Assembly: GCA_965240465.1 (NCBI GenBank)
Contig: OZ251219.1
Coordinates: 32,001-96,000 of the forward strand
Origin: a bacterium
GTDB taxonomy: Bacteria; SAR324; JACQKK01
Direction: 5' to 3'
DNA: 64,000 nt
The notes under the pieces were generated by a model that was not told where the DNA came from, did not search any database, and was given only the letters and a program-made list of their open reading frames with translations. Position numbers and translations under genes: made by a program. This document shows, piece after piece, positions 9,566 to 17,382 of this stretch (position 1 is its first letter; every line of letters starts with the position of its first letter).

Positions 9566-10480
9566 ATGCCTACCAAAAATACCCGCCGAAAAAGTAAAAT
9601 ACAAAAAAACACGCTAAAAAAAACCGAGTCCAAAGGTAGAGTAACCTCTAAAAAAGTACCCTCTAAACCCACTACCCCAAAAAAATCACTCAAGAAAAAT
9701 ACTGCCCCTCCCGTGGGCATCATTGCCGATAAATCACTCAAGAAAAATACTGCCCCTCCCGTGGGCATAATTGCTGATGCTGCCAAGCAGTTACTACCCA
9801 AGGCCAAAGCAGGTGATACCCAGGCACAACATGATTTAGGTATTCTTTACTATTTGGGAGAAGGAGGACTATTTAAAGACCCGCGTCAGGCTGCAAAATG
9901 GCTACGACAAGCTGCCGAACAGGGACATGTTAGTGCTCAACAAAAGATGGGGCTGCTTCACGACAGCGGACAGGGAGTCCCCTTAGACCGCAAACAAGCC
10001 GTTTTCTGGTACGAAAAAGCCGCCGCTCAGGGAGAAACTTCAGCCCAAATTCGCTTGGGCATGTTGCGTCACAACGATCGCGATGTTCCTCCCGATCATA
10101 AAGCAGCTGTTGCCCTTTATCAAGCAGCCGCAGAGCAAAACGTACCTGAAGCACAATTCAACCTGGGACTACTACATGAGCAAGGAATCGGCGTTCCTCA
10201 AAGTTATTCCACAGCTGCAAAATGGTATCTTCACTCAGCCCTACAGGGATTTCCCCTTGCTCAACACAATCTGGGTGCCATGTTCTTTGAAGGCCGAGGA
10301 GTAATAAAAAATAACACCCAAGCCTTCGTTTGGTTGGAACTCGCCGCCGCTCAAAAAGATGACAAATCCATCTGGCTAAAAAACGTTCTACTTAAAGTAA
10401 TCACTGATGAAGAACTCGCTGAAGCACAAAACCTGATCAAAAAAATGCTGTCTAGCCCAAAACATACCGATAAACAATAA
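9566..10480 (+). CDS. Sel1-like repeat protein with Lys-rich N-terminus
   Basis: About five AQ..LG..Y..G.GV..D...A..W...AA.QG repeats. Confidence 0.9.
   Translation: MPTKNTRRKSKIQKNTLKKTESKGRVTSKKVPSKPTTPKKSLKKNTAPPVGIIADKSLKKNTAPPVGIIADAAKQLLPKAKAGDTQAQHDLGILYYLGEGGLFKDPRQAAKWLRQAAEQGHVSAQQKMGLLHDSGQGVPLDRKQAVFWYEKAAAQGETSAQIRLGMLRHNDRDVPPDHKAAVALYQAAAEQNVPEAQFNLGLLHEQGIGVPQSYSTAAKWYLHSALQGFPLAQHNLGAMFFEGRGVIKNNTQAFVWLELAAAQKDDKSIWLKNVLLKVITDEELAEAQNLIKKMLSSPKHTDKQ
9683..9778 (+). repeat. 48-bp in-frame tandem duplication (KSLKKNTAPPVGIIAD x2)
   Basis: 9683-9730 vs 9731-9778 differ at two synonymous positions. Confidence 0.95.
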
Positions 10481-10583
10481 TAAGCCACTATTATTTTTTC
10501 CACATTTCGTGTATAGTTAACATGGGGGTAAGTACAGCGGATTTTTCCTTTCCGTGATTCTGATTTAGCTTTATGACTACAAA

Positions 10584-11834
10584 ATGAAAGTATCTTTCGG
10601 ACTGCAATTTGTGTTTTTGGCTGTTGGTTGTTTGGCTCTGGTATCCTGTGATTCAGCTCCTAAAGAAGATGAGAACATTATATCTATTGAGGTAGTTCCT
10701 CCTGACGTTACCAATAGTTACCTAAAGGATGTTTCCGATATTTCTGTTGGCAATAGCCATAGCTGTGCAATATCAGACGGAAAGTTATTTTGCTGGGGTC
10801 TGGGTAATGATGGTCAATTGGGTAAAAAAAACAACCTCAGTAGCAAAAAACCTACCCACGTAAAGTGGGACGTAAATAATATAGAAGTAAATTTTGTCAA
10901 TGCCAGTGCCATAGAAGCTGCAGGATCCAGTAGCTGTGCTTTGCGAAACGGTGTTGCCTTCTGCTGGGGTAGTAATAATGACAGCCAATTGGGAGATGGT
11001 TCCGTTGACAACCACAATACACCAACCATGGTTGGCGGACTGACCACAGGAATTACTAACATCACTATCGGAAGGCAACATGGATGTGCCATAGAAAATG
11101 GTGGTGTTAAATGCTGGGGCAGTAACACTTATTCTCAAATTGGAGACGGCACTTCTAGTAGACGTAGCACCCCAGTAAGTGTTACTGATACTAACCTCGG
11201 CAATGCTGTTATGATCTCCGCAGGATACTTGCACACCTGTGCCATCTCAAATGGAAGGATATATTGCTGGGGACGCGGTCAAGAAGGCCAGCTGGGTGAT
11301 GGCACTATTAATGACCGCTCCTTCCCAGTGAGTGTTAGTGGTAACGGATCTTTTAGCCTAGTTTCCGCAGGAGAAAAGCACACCTGTGCTATTAAAAATG
11401 GAGGTGCTTATTGCTGGGGAAACGGTACAAAAGGACGTCTGGGAGACAACAATAATGAAGCCTCTTCACCCTCACCTGTAGAAGTCAGCGACTCAGAAGA
11501 AGATATAAATATGCAGAGCGGAATCACTCATATTTCTGCCAGCAAAGAATATTCCTGTGCTGTCGCATCTGGTGCCCTCCTCTGCTGGGGACGAGGTACA
11601 GAAGGTCAGTTGGGAAATAATTCCACCGAAAATAGCCTGATTCCGGTAAAAGTATTGGGACTAAACACGGGTGTAACAGCCGTAGCAACAGGTGATAACA
11701 GTGCCTGTGCTGTCAAGATGGGATATGTCTGGTGCTGGGGTGCGGGTGCCCAAGGACAACTGGGTAATAACCTTAAAAGAAATTCTCTCATCCCAGTGGC
11801 AGTGATTACCCCTACCAACGATATTTTGCCGTAA
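10584..11834 (+). CDS. RCC1/BLIP-II-type beta-propeller repeat lipoprotein
   Basis: Seven G..H.CA...G...CWG.G..GQLG repeats; lipobox LVSC. Confidence 0.9.
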   Translation: MKVSFGLQFVFLAVGCLALVSCDSAPKEDENIISIEVVPPDVTNSYLKDVSDISVGNSHSCAISDGKLFCWGLGNDGQLGKKNNLSSKKPTHVKWDVNNIEVNFVNASAIEAAGSSSCALRNGVAFCWGSNNDSQLGDGSVDNHNTPTMVGGLTTGITNITIGRQHGCAIENGGVKCWGSNTYSQIGDGTSSRRSTPVSVTDTNLGNAVMISAGYLHTCAISNGRIYCWGRGQEGQLGDGTINDRSFPVSVSGNGSFSLVSAGEKHTCAIKNGGAYCWGNGTKGRLGDNNNEASSPSPVEVSDSEEDINMQSGITHISASKEYSCAVASGALLCWGRGTEGQLGNNSTENSLIPVKVLGLNTGVTAVATGDNSACAVKMGYVWCWGAGAQGQLGNNLKRNSLIPVAVITPTNDILP

Positions 11835-12063
11835 TACTTCGCTTTTTCTGGGTTTCAAAAAGATGTTAACCCTTGATGAAAGCCGTAGATAAAGCAAAAT
11901 TCCCTCTTCATCAATAATCATCATTTGCTAGGAACAGCCTCTTTCTGTAGGCACTACCATTTTTAGCAAACAATTCACTGAAATTGCTCTTGTAAAAAGG
12001 GTTCGGGATGAGGTAACTTTGGTCTGGTTGGGTAGTTGAGTTTATTTATTAAGGAGCTGTTAA

Positions 12064-12483
12064 ATGTTGCGTGTATTATTGGCATGCCTTTGTTGGGGAT
12101 TATTCTTAGAAGATGCCCACGCCTTATTAGGTTCTGGAACAGGTGGTGGCGGTGCATTGGCACAGTTTATCCCGCTTATACTAATTTTCGGGATATTTTG
12201 GTTTTTGATTATCCGTCCTCAGCAAAAACGCTTGCGTGAACATAGACGCTTAGTAGACGAACTGAAGATAGGCGACAGAATTTGGACTGATGGCGGCATT
12301 CAGGGTGTAATAAAACAAATATCTGCAGATGAGATGACCTTGGAGATTGCTCCTAAGGTATTGGTAAAAATGAAGCGGGGTCGTGCCTCGGAACGGTTGG
12401 GAGCATCTAAGACAGCAAGCAAGCAAGAAGTTACTAAAAGTACTGCTAAAACTACCAAAAAGAAGGTTTCTAAGAGGAAATGA
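12064..12483 (+). CDS. yajC: Preprotein translocase subunit YajC
   Basis: FWFLIIRPQQKR, L..GD.I.T.GGI.G; precedes secD. Confidence 0.95.
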   Translation: MLRVLLACLCWGLFLEDAHALLGSGTGGGGALAQFIPLILIFGIFWFLIIRPQQKRLREHRRLVDELKIGDRIWTDGGIQGVIKQISADEMTLEIAPKVLVKMKRGRASERLGASKTASKQEVTKSTAKTTKKKVSKRK

Positions 12484-12529
12484 TAAAGCCCGCGATAAAC
12501 ATCCATGAACGGCATACGAGGGCTTAGTA

Positions 12530-14095
12530 ATGAGCTTGAGATTGAGGGGGGGAATAATAATTGGTGTCCTGCTGGCGAGTGCTCTTGCGTTGTGGCCTAG
12601 TGTGCGTGCTTATCTGCTGGAAGAGGATGCTTCCAAGATAAAGAATCGGGTCGTTCTCGGCTTGGATTTGCAGGGGGGTATGTTCTTGGATTTAGAGGTA
12701 GATTCAGATAGTGCAGTAGAAAGAACCTTAGACAGGCTCGCGGTAGAGTTGGAAGATTTACTGCTGGATGGGTTGGTAGACTATGTCTCTTTGGACAGGG
12801 TGCCTTTTGGAGTTGAGGTAACCTTGGAAAAAGGAGAAGTAGTAGATTTAGAAGAAGAACAATTGTCACGCCTGTTATCAGAATATGAGGTGGATAAGGT
12901 TAATGAACGGATAATAGTAAAAATAAAACCTGAAGACGCAGAGAGAATAAAGAAGGTAGCTGCTGAGCAAGCCCTGGAGGTACTGCGTAATCGGATTGAC
13001 TCATTGGGAGTGACTGAGCCATCACTGCGAAGCCATGGCAAACAAGGACTAATCGTACAGCTGCCCGGCCTAAAAGATAGAGATGCTGCTCTGAATGCGA
13101 TCGGTGCCCAAGCTGTTTTGGAATTTCATTTGGTGGAAAGCCGAGTTTCCACAGAGTACGCAAATGAAAGCCTCCATTTGGTGAAGGAGCTGGTTATAAA
13201 AAATTCCCGCGGGGAGGAAGTAAGCAAAGAACAACTAGTACTACAAAAGCGTCCAATCTTATCAGGAGAAACAATCCGCGATGCACGCGTACAAATAAGC
13301 ACTCTGGATAATCAACCTTATGTGTCCATTTCCTTTGATGACGAAGGAAGACGCCGTTTTAGCAAGGTGACTGGTAGCAATATCGGTCGCCGTTTGGCTA
13401 TTGTCTTGGATGACAAAATACAATCCGCACCCTCCATCAGAGAAGCCATCACTGGTGGTGAAGCCCAAATCACCGGCAATTTCACCCTGCCAGAAGCTAC
13501 CAACCTCGCTATTGTACTACGCTCAGGAGCATTACCTGCCCCGCTTTCTATCAGTGAGGAACGCACCGTGGGAGCATCTCTGGGCGAAGACTCCGTCCGT
13601 CAGGGACTAACTGCCCTTGCTATCGGCATGCTACTGATGGTTGGATTTATGTGCTTCTACTATCGCCAAGCGGGAATATTTGCCTCGCTGGCGTTGGTAT
13701 TTAATCTGATATTGCTACTGGCAGCCTTAGCCTTATTTCAAGCTACCCTCACCCTACCAGGAATTGCCGGAATTGTGCTTACCATGGGCATGTCGGTGGA
13801 TGCCAATGTACTGATTTTTGAACGCATAAGGGAAGAACTTCCACAAGCTCGTAGCATCCACGCCGCAGTGAGAAAAGGCTTCGCAACCGCGTTCTGGACT
13901 ATCTTTGATGCCAACATTACTACTCTAATAGCCGCTTTGGCTTTACTCACTTTCGGCACCGGACCAATTAAAGGCTTCGCGGTAACTATCTCTGCTGGCA
14001 TTCTGGCTAGCATGTTCACAGCTGTCTTCTTTACCCGTTTTCTGTTTGAACTGGTTCAATTACGCTCTGCCAAAATAACAAAATTATCCATCTAA
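12530..14095 (+). CDS. secD: Protein translocase subunit SecD
   Basis: LGLDLQGG, RIDSLGVTEP, LRSGALPAP, GMSVDANVLIFERIREE. Confidence 0.97.
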   Translation: MSLRLRGGIIIGVLLASALALWPSVRAYLLEEDASKIKNRVVLGLDLQGGMFLDLEVDSDSAVERTLDRLAVELEDLLLDGLVDYVSLDRVPFGVEVTLEKGEVVDLEEEQLSRLLSEYEVDKVNERIIVKIKPEDAERIKKVAAEQALEVLRNRIDSLGVTEPSLRSHGKQGLIVQLPGLKDRDAALNAIGAQAVLEFHLVESRVSTEYANESLHLVKELVIKNSRGEEVSKEQLVLQKRPILSGETIRDARVQISTLDNQPYVSISFDDEGRRRFSKVTGSNIGRRLAIVLDDKIQSAPSIREAITGGEAQITGNFTLPEATNLAIVLRSGALPAPLSISEERTVGASLGEDSVRQGLTALAIGMLLMVGFMCFYYRQAGIFASLALVFNLILLLAALALFQATLTLPGIAGIVLTMGMSVDANVLIFERIREELPQARSIHAAVRKGFATAFWTIFDANITTLIAALALLTFGTGPIKGFAVTISAGILASMFTAVFFTRFLFELVQLRSAKITKLSI

Positions 14096-14155
14096 CTTGA
14101 ACCCAAACCTTCTTTTAAGTCCTCGCTCGGCAAATCCTAATCTCTACCTACTGCC

Positions 14156-15145
14156 ATGATACAAATTATCAAATCTGGGGTGCTTGTCAACTTAATGCGA
14201 TGGCGATACTACTGCTTCGCACTCTCTGCTCTCCTACTGATAGCAGGTACCACCGCCGCCATAACACAAGGCGGACTAAACTACGGCATTGATTTTAAGG
14301 GCGGCTCCCTCCTGCAAGTAAAATTGCCTGCTGCCAACATCGCTGATGTCCGTAAAGCACTGGAAAACTCTTCCATAGGCTCTTTCTCGCTCCAAAGTCT
14401 TGGCTCAAACCAAAGCGAATACCTAATCCTGCTGGCAAAAAGCGAGCAATCCAGTCTGAACCTGCAAACTAGTGCCACCAAAGACGCACAACAAATCTTG
14501 TTAACAGCATTCCCAAAAATGGAAGTGCGACGCATAGAAAGCGTCGGACCCAAGGTAGGCAATGAACTCAGGCTCGCAGCCACCCGTGCCGTCTTATTCT
14601 CACTGGTTGCCATCCTACTCTACATATGGTTGCGATTCCAATGGCGATTTAGCATCGCAGCCGTCCTCGCACTATTCCATGACGTATTCATCGTGTTGAC
14701 ATTCTTTGCCATCACCCAGCGTGAAATCAATCTCGCCGTAGTGGCTGCCATCCTCACTATTGCTGGCTACTCCATCAATGATACCATCGTTATCTTTGAT
14801 CGCATCCGCGAAAAATTCCGAGTCCAATCCAAATCAAACTCCATCACCCTATTTAATCAAGCCCTCAGTGAAACTCTCAACCGAACAATACTTACTTCCG
14901 TCACTACAACGCTGGTCGTACTTACCTTGCTCATAGCTGGGGGAAACATCGTCCGAAACTTTGCCATCGCCCTTCTGTTGGGCATAATTTCTGGCACCTA
15001 CTCTTCCATATTTATTGCCTCGCCCATCGTGCTGATACTCTCCAAATCCAAAAAAAACCAAGCATCAAAAAACCAAGCATCAGGAAACCAATTGCCAAGC
15101 ACAAACAAAAAAAATAAAGCCCAGCAACCCAAATCTAAAAAATAA
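14156..15145 (+). CDS. secF: Protein translocase subunit SecF
   Basis: GIDFKGG, VGPKVG, GYSINDTIVIFDRIRE, GTYSSIFIA. Confidence 0.97.
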   Translation: MIQIIKSGVLVNLMRWRYYCFALSALLLIAGTTAAITQGGLNYGIDFKGGSLLQVKLPAANIADVRKALENSSIGSFSLQSLGSNQSEYLILLAKSEQSSLNLQTSATKDAQQILLTAFPKMEVRRIESVGPKVGNELRLAATRAVLFSLVAILLYIWLRFQWRFSIAAVLALFHDVFIVLTFFAITQREINLAVVAAILTIAGYSINDTIVIFDRIREKFRVQSKSNSITLFNQALSETLNRTILTSVTTTLVVLTLLIAGGNIVRNFAIALLLGIISGTYSSIFIASPIVLILSKSKKNQASKNQASGNQLPSTNKKNKAQQPKSKK

Positions 15146-15372
15146 TGCTGCCTGAACTGGGTAAATGGCTCTTCCTGCTGGGATGTCTGTTGATAATTAT
15201 CGGCATCTTCTTTTGGCTTGGCGGAAAATTGCCCCCCTGGTTATCCTATATCGGACAGCTGCCCGGTGATATCCGCATCCAAAGACCAAATTTTTCCTTC
15301 TTCTTTCCCCTTACCACTAGCATCCTGCTTTCCATCATTTTATCTTTGCTCTTATGGCTACTAAGGAAATAG
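15145..15372 (+). CDS. DUF2905 family small membrane protein
   Basis: G.LPGDI.I...NF.F.FPLTTSILLS pattern. Confidence 0.85.
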   Translation: MLPELGKWLFLLGCLLIIIGIFFWLGGKLPPWLSYIGQLPGDIRIQRPNFSFFFPLTTSILLSIILSLLLWLLRK

Positions 15373-15418
15373 ACTTCGCCCTTAACTTACCTACCCCATA
15401 ACTGCTAAAACCAACTAA

Positions 15419-15505
15419 GGAGAGGTGGCCGAGTGGTCGAAGGCGGTGGACTCGAAATCCATTATGCGGGCAACTGCATCGGGGGTTCGAATCCCTCCCT
15501 CTCCG
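15419..15505 (+). tRNA. tRNA-Ser (anticodon CGA)
   Basis: GGAGAGG acceptor stem paired with CCTCTCC; D-loop GAGTGG; anticodon arm GTGGA-CT-CGA-AA-TCCAT; long variable arm; GGTTCGAATCC; no encoded CCA. Confidence 0.97.
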
Positions 15506-15550
15506 TTTGCCTAAACCTATTTACAACCGCAGATAAGTTAAAATCGCTAG
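15465..15550 (+). repeat. 86-bp direct repeat, copy 1 (tRNA-Ser 3' 41 nt plus 45 nt downstream; attL-like)
   Basis: Identical to 16213-16298 except one C/T difference. Confidence 0.95.
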
Positions 15551-15750
15551 GATTAAACGGGATCCCATTCAGCATTCCATGTCGGTGTCAATATAATATA
15601 GTTGACATAATCAAAAAGATTATGATTGAATCAAGGACTGGGGATTAGCCCTGTTGTACGTCTAGGCGTTCTGTTTGTATGGGTTGAATTTTCGCAGTAA
15701 TGACCGTATATAATGCGGGGTTAAAAATCACTAAATGAAAGGATTCTCAA

Positions 15751-16002
15751 ATGGCAGAAAAACGAGACACAGTTACTTATGATCTGAAAAAGGGCAATAA
15801 GGTTGTTTACACTGGAACCACTAACGATCCGAAACGACGTGAGCAAGGTCACAGAGATGACGGCAAAAAATTCGACCGCATGGATGTTACGTCAAGACGT
15901 ATGACTAAGGACGGAGCCACTAAGAAAGAAACTGATAGGCTTGCTACATACCGTAAGAATCAGGGCGAAAACCCAAAGTACAATAAGGATCTTAACGGCT
16001 AG
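15751..16002 (+). CDS. Stand-alone minimal GIY-YIG nuclease family protein
   Basis: TY...VYTGTTND..RR...H, later E and PKYN; RBS AAAGGA upstream. Confidence 0.8.
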   Translation: MAEKRDTVTYDLKKGNKVVYTGTTNDPKRREQGHRDDGKKFDRMDVTSRRMTKDGATKKETDRLATYRKNQGENPKYNKDLNG

Positions 16003-16012
16003 TATATTACTT

Positions 16013-16212
16013 CTATTGGCTACCGTTGTTGACGAGTGATTGGGTGGATTCGGCCAGATGCTGTTCTTCATAGGCCAAGACATCTTTCTCACGGTAAACC
16101 GCCCGACCACCCATTTTTAGAAGTAGCGGTCCCCAGCCAATGGCATGCCAGCGTTCAAATGTGCGTTGTGAGATGCACCAGTGCTCAGCCAGTTGCTTCT
16201 GATTGATATGGT
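16013..16212 (-). pseudogene. 5'-truncated excisionase-like helix-turn-helix (HTH_17/AlpA-type) gene
   Basis: Manual translation HINQKQLAEHWCISQRTFERWHAIGWGPLLLKMGGRAVYREKDVLAYEEQHLAESTQ...*. No ATG/GTG/TTG before an in-frame stop inside the tRNA repeat. Confidence 0.75.
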
Positions 16213-16298
16213 TGCGGGCAACTGCATCGGGGGTTCGAATCCCTCCCTCTCCGTTTGCCTAAACCTATTTACAACCGCAGATAAGTTAAAATTGCTAG
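16213..16298 (+). repeat. 86-bp direct repeat, copy 2 (attR-like tRNA-Ser fragment)
   Basis: TGCGGGCAACTGCATCGGGGGTTCGAATCCCTCCCTCTCCGTTTGCC...GCTAG matches copy 1. Confidence 0.95.
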
Positions 16299-17254
16299 AC
16301 CTTGTAACCCCATGCACCTTCTATGTTTAGGTCGCCTCCTTTGAAGAAAGATGTTATCAATTTAATATATTCTCTAAAATCAGGGTTTATTTTTGCTAGC
16401 TGATCGGCAGCATTCCAATCAACTTGCGGGCGTTCTCTAGCGGGAATCACAATTTGGCTCTTACGGGGTTCTTCCTCGTTTAAGAGAATAAAACCAATAC
16501 CATGCAGACTGGATAATACCCGTAACACTGGTTTAGCTGAGATGGCTAATTCGCCAGCAGCCAGATAACCAAGATTTGCCCAAGACGAATTACTGACAGC
16601 TTGAAAGAATGATTCTCTAACATTACCTATATCAATTTTCTCTTTCACCTCAGAAGACCACAGTCTTGCCTTTGCACCGCTATCTTTTACACATTCTTTG
16701 ATTTTATCATCCCAACCTTTACTCAAATCTTCTATCCCCACCAGATCCGGGTGGAGCCACTCACTTGCTCCTTTTTTCTTGCTTGTAGAGCGTCTTTCAT
16801 TAATTCTCTTGCTACGAACGTTTTCTGTCTCTAAAAATTTACTTAATACGGGATAAAACCTCTCTTCTCCCTTTAATGTGCTGTTAACCTTCGGTTTTGT
16901 AGTAAAATAGTGCCTTTGGGGATTCTTACCAGCTACCTTATTTGATGACTGTTGTTCTTTTGTTTCATCTTCATCCGATATTCCAGCAAAATAGAACTTC
17001 CTTGGACGATCAGTAGTTACTACAATCCTCGGTTCCTTCTTTACCATTGAATCACTATTAGCTGATATACTAGATCGTACCTGCTCCTTGAGATCTTTAT
17101 CCTCATTAAGCCGCCCACCACGAGCTTTTCTTCGCATCTCAAGACATTTTTCAGGGTAGGTTTTATAGTACCATTCTGCAATTTCTCTAGGGGTATATCT
17201 TTTTCCCTCGTTTTTCTTGAGGTATTCTATAACAATATCAATCTTACTAGCCAT
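16295..17254 (-). CDS. COG2958/HrgA-like protein (N-terminal HTH plus PD-(D/E)xK-type nuclease)
   Basis: EWLHPDLVG, S.EVK, RESFFQAVSNSSWAN.GYL, L...HGIG.I.L; AT-rich relative to neighbours. Confidence 0.8.
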   Translation of the reverse strand: MASKIDIVIEYLKKNEGKRYTPREIAEWYYKTYPEKCLEMRRKARGGRLNEDKDLKEQVRSSISANSDSMVKKEPRIVVTTDRPRKFYFAGISDEDETKEQQSSNKVAGKNPQRHYFTTKPKVNSTLKGEERFYPVLSKFLETENVRSKRINERRSTSKKKGASEWLHPDLVGIEDLSKGWDDKIKECVKDSGAKARLWSSEVKEKIDIGNVRESFFQAVSNSSWANLGYLAAGELAISAKPVLRVLSSLHGIGFILLNEEEPRKSQIVIPARERPQVDWNAADQLAKINPDFREYIKLITSFFKGGDLNIEGAWGYKV

Positions 17255-17382
17255 CTGTAGTCTCCTTTATTCGTTAATTTTCATACCAATCTAAGCGATA
17301 TTTGTCCTCGCTTAACTAAAGATACAATACTCTATTCACTTGTTCAAGCCATCCTTGCTACATTAGCTCTTAAAGGAGAGAC

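Larger units (their letters stand above)
15465..16298. mobile_element. Integrase-less mini genomic island or remnant at tRNA-Ser
   Basis: att-like direct repeats enclose a GIY-YIG gene and a truncated excisionase-like gene. Confidence 0.75.

Noticed and set aside
15433-15648. 71-aa ORF in the track
   Set aside because: It overlaps the tRNA-Ser gene; spurious. The same applies to 16117-16317 and 15892-16110, which are wrong-frame readings over the Xis-like gene.
17255-17382. Third att copy closing the COG2958 segment
   Set aside because: No tRNA-Ser fragment is visible, so a right boundary for a second cassette cannot be shown.
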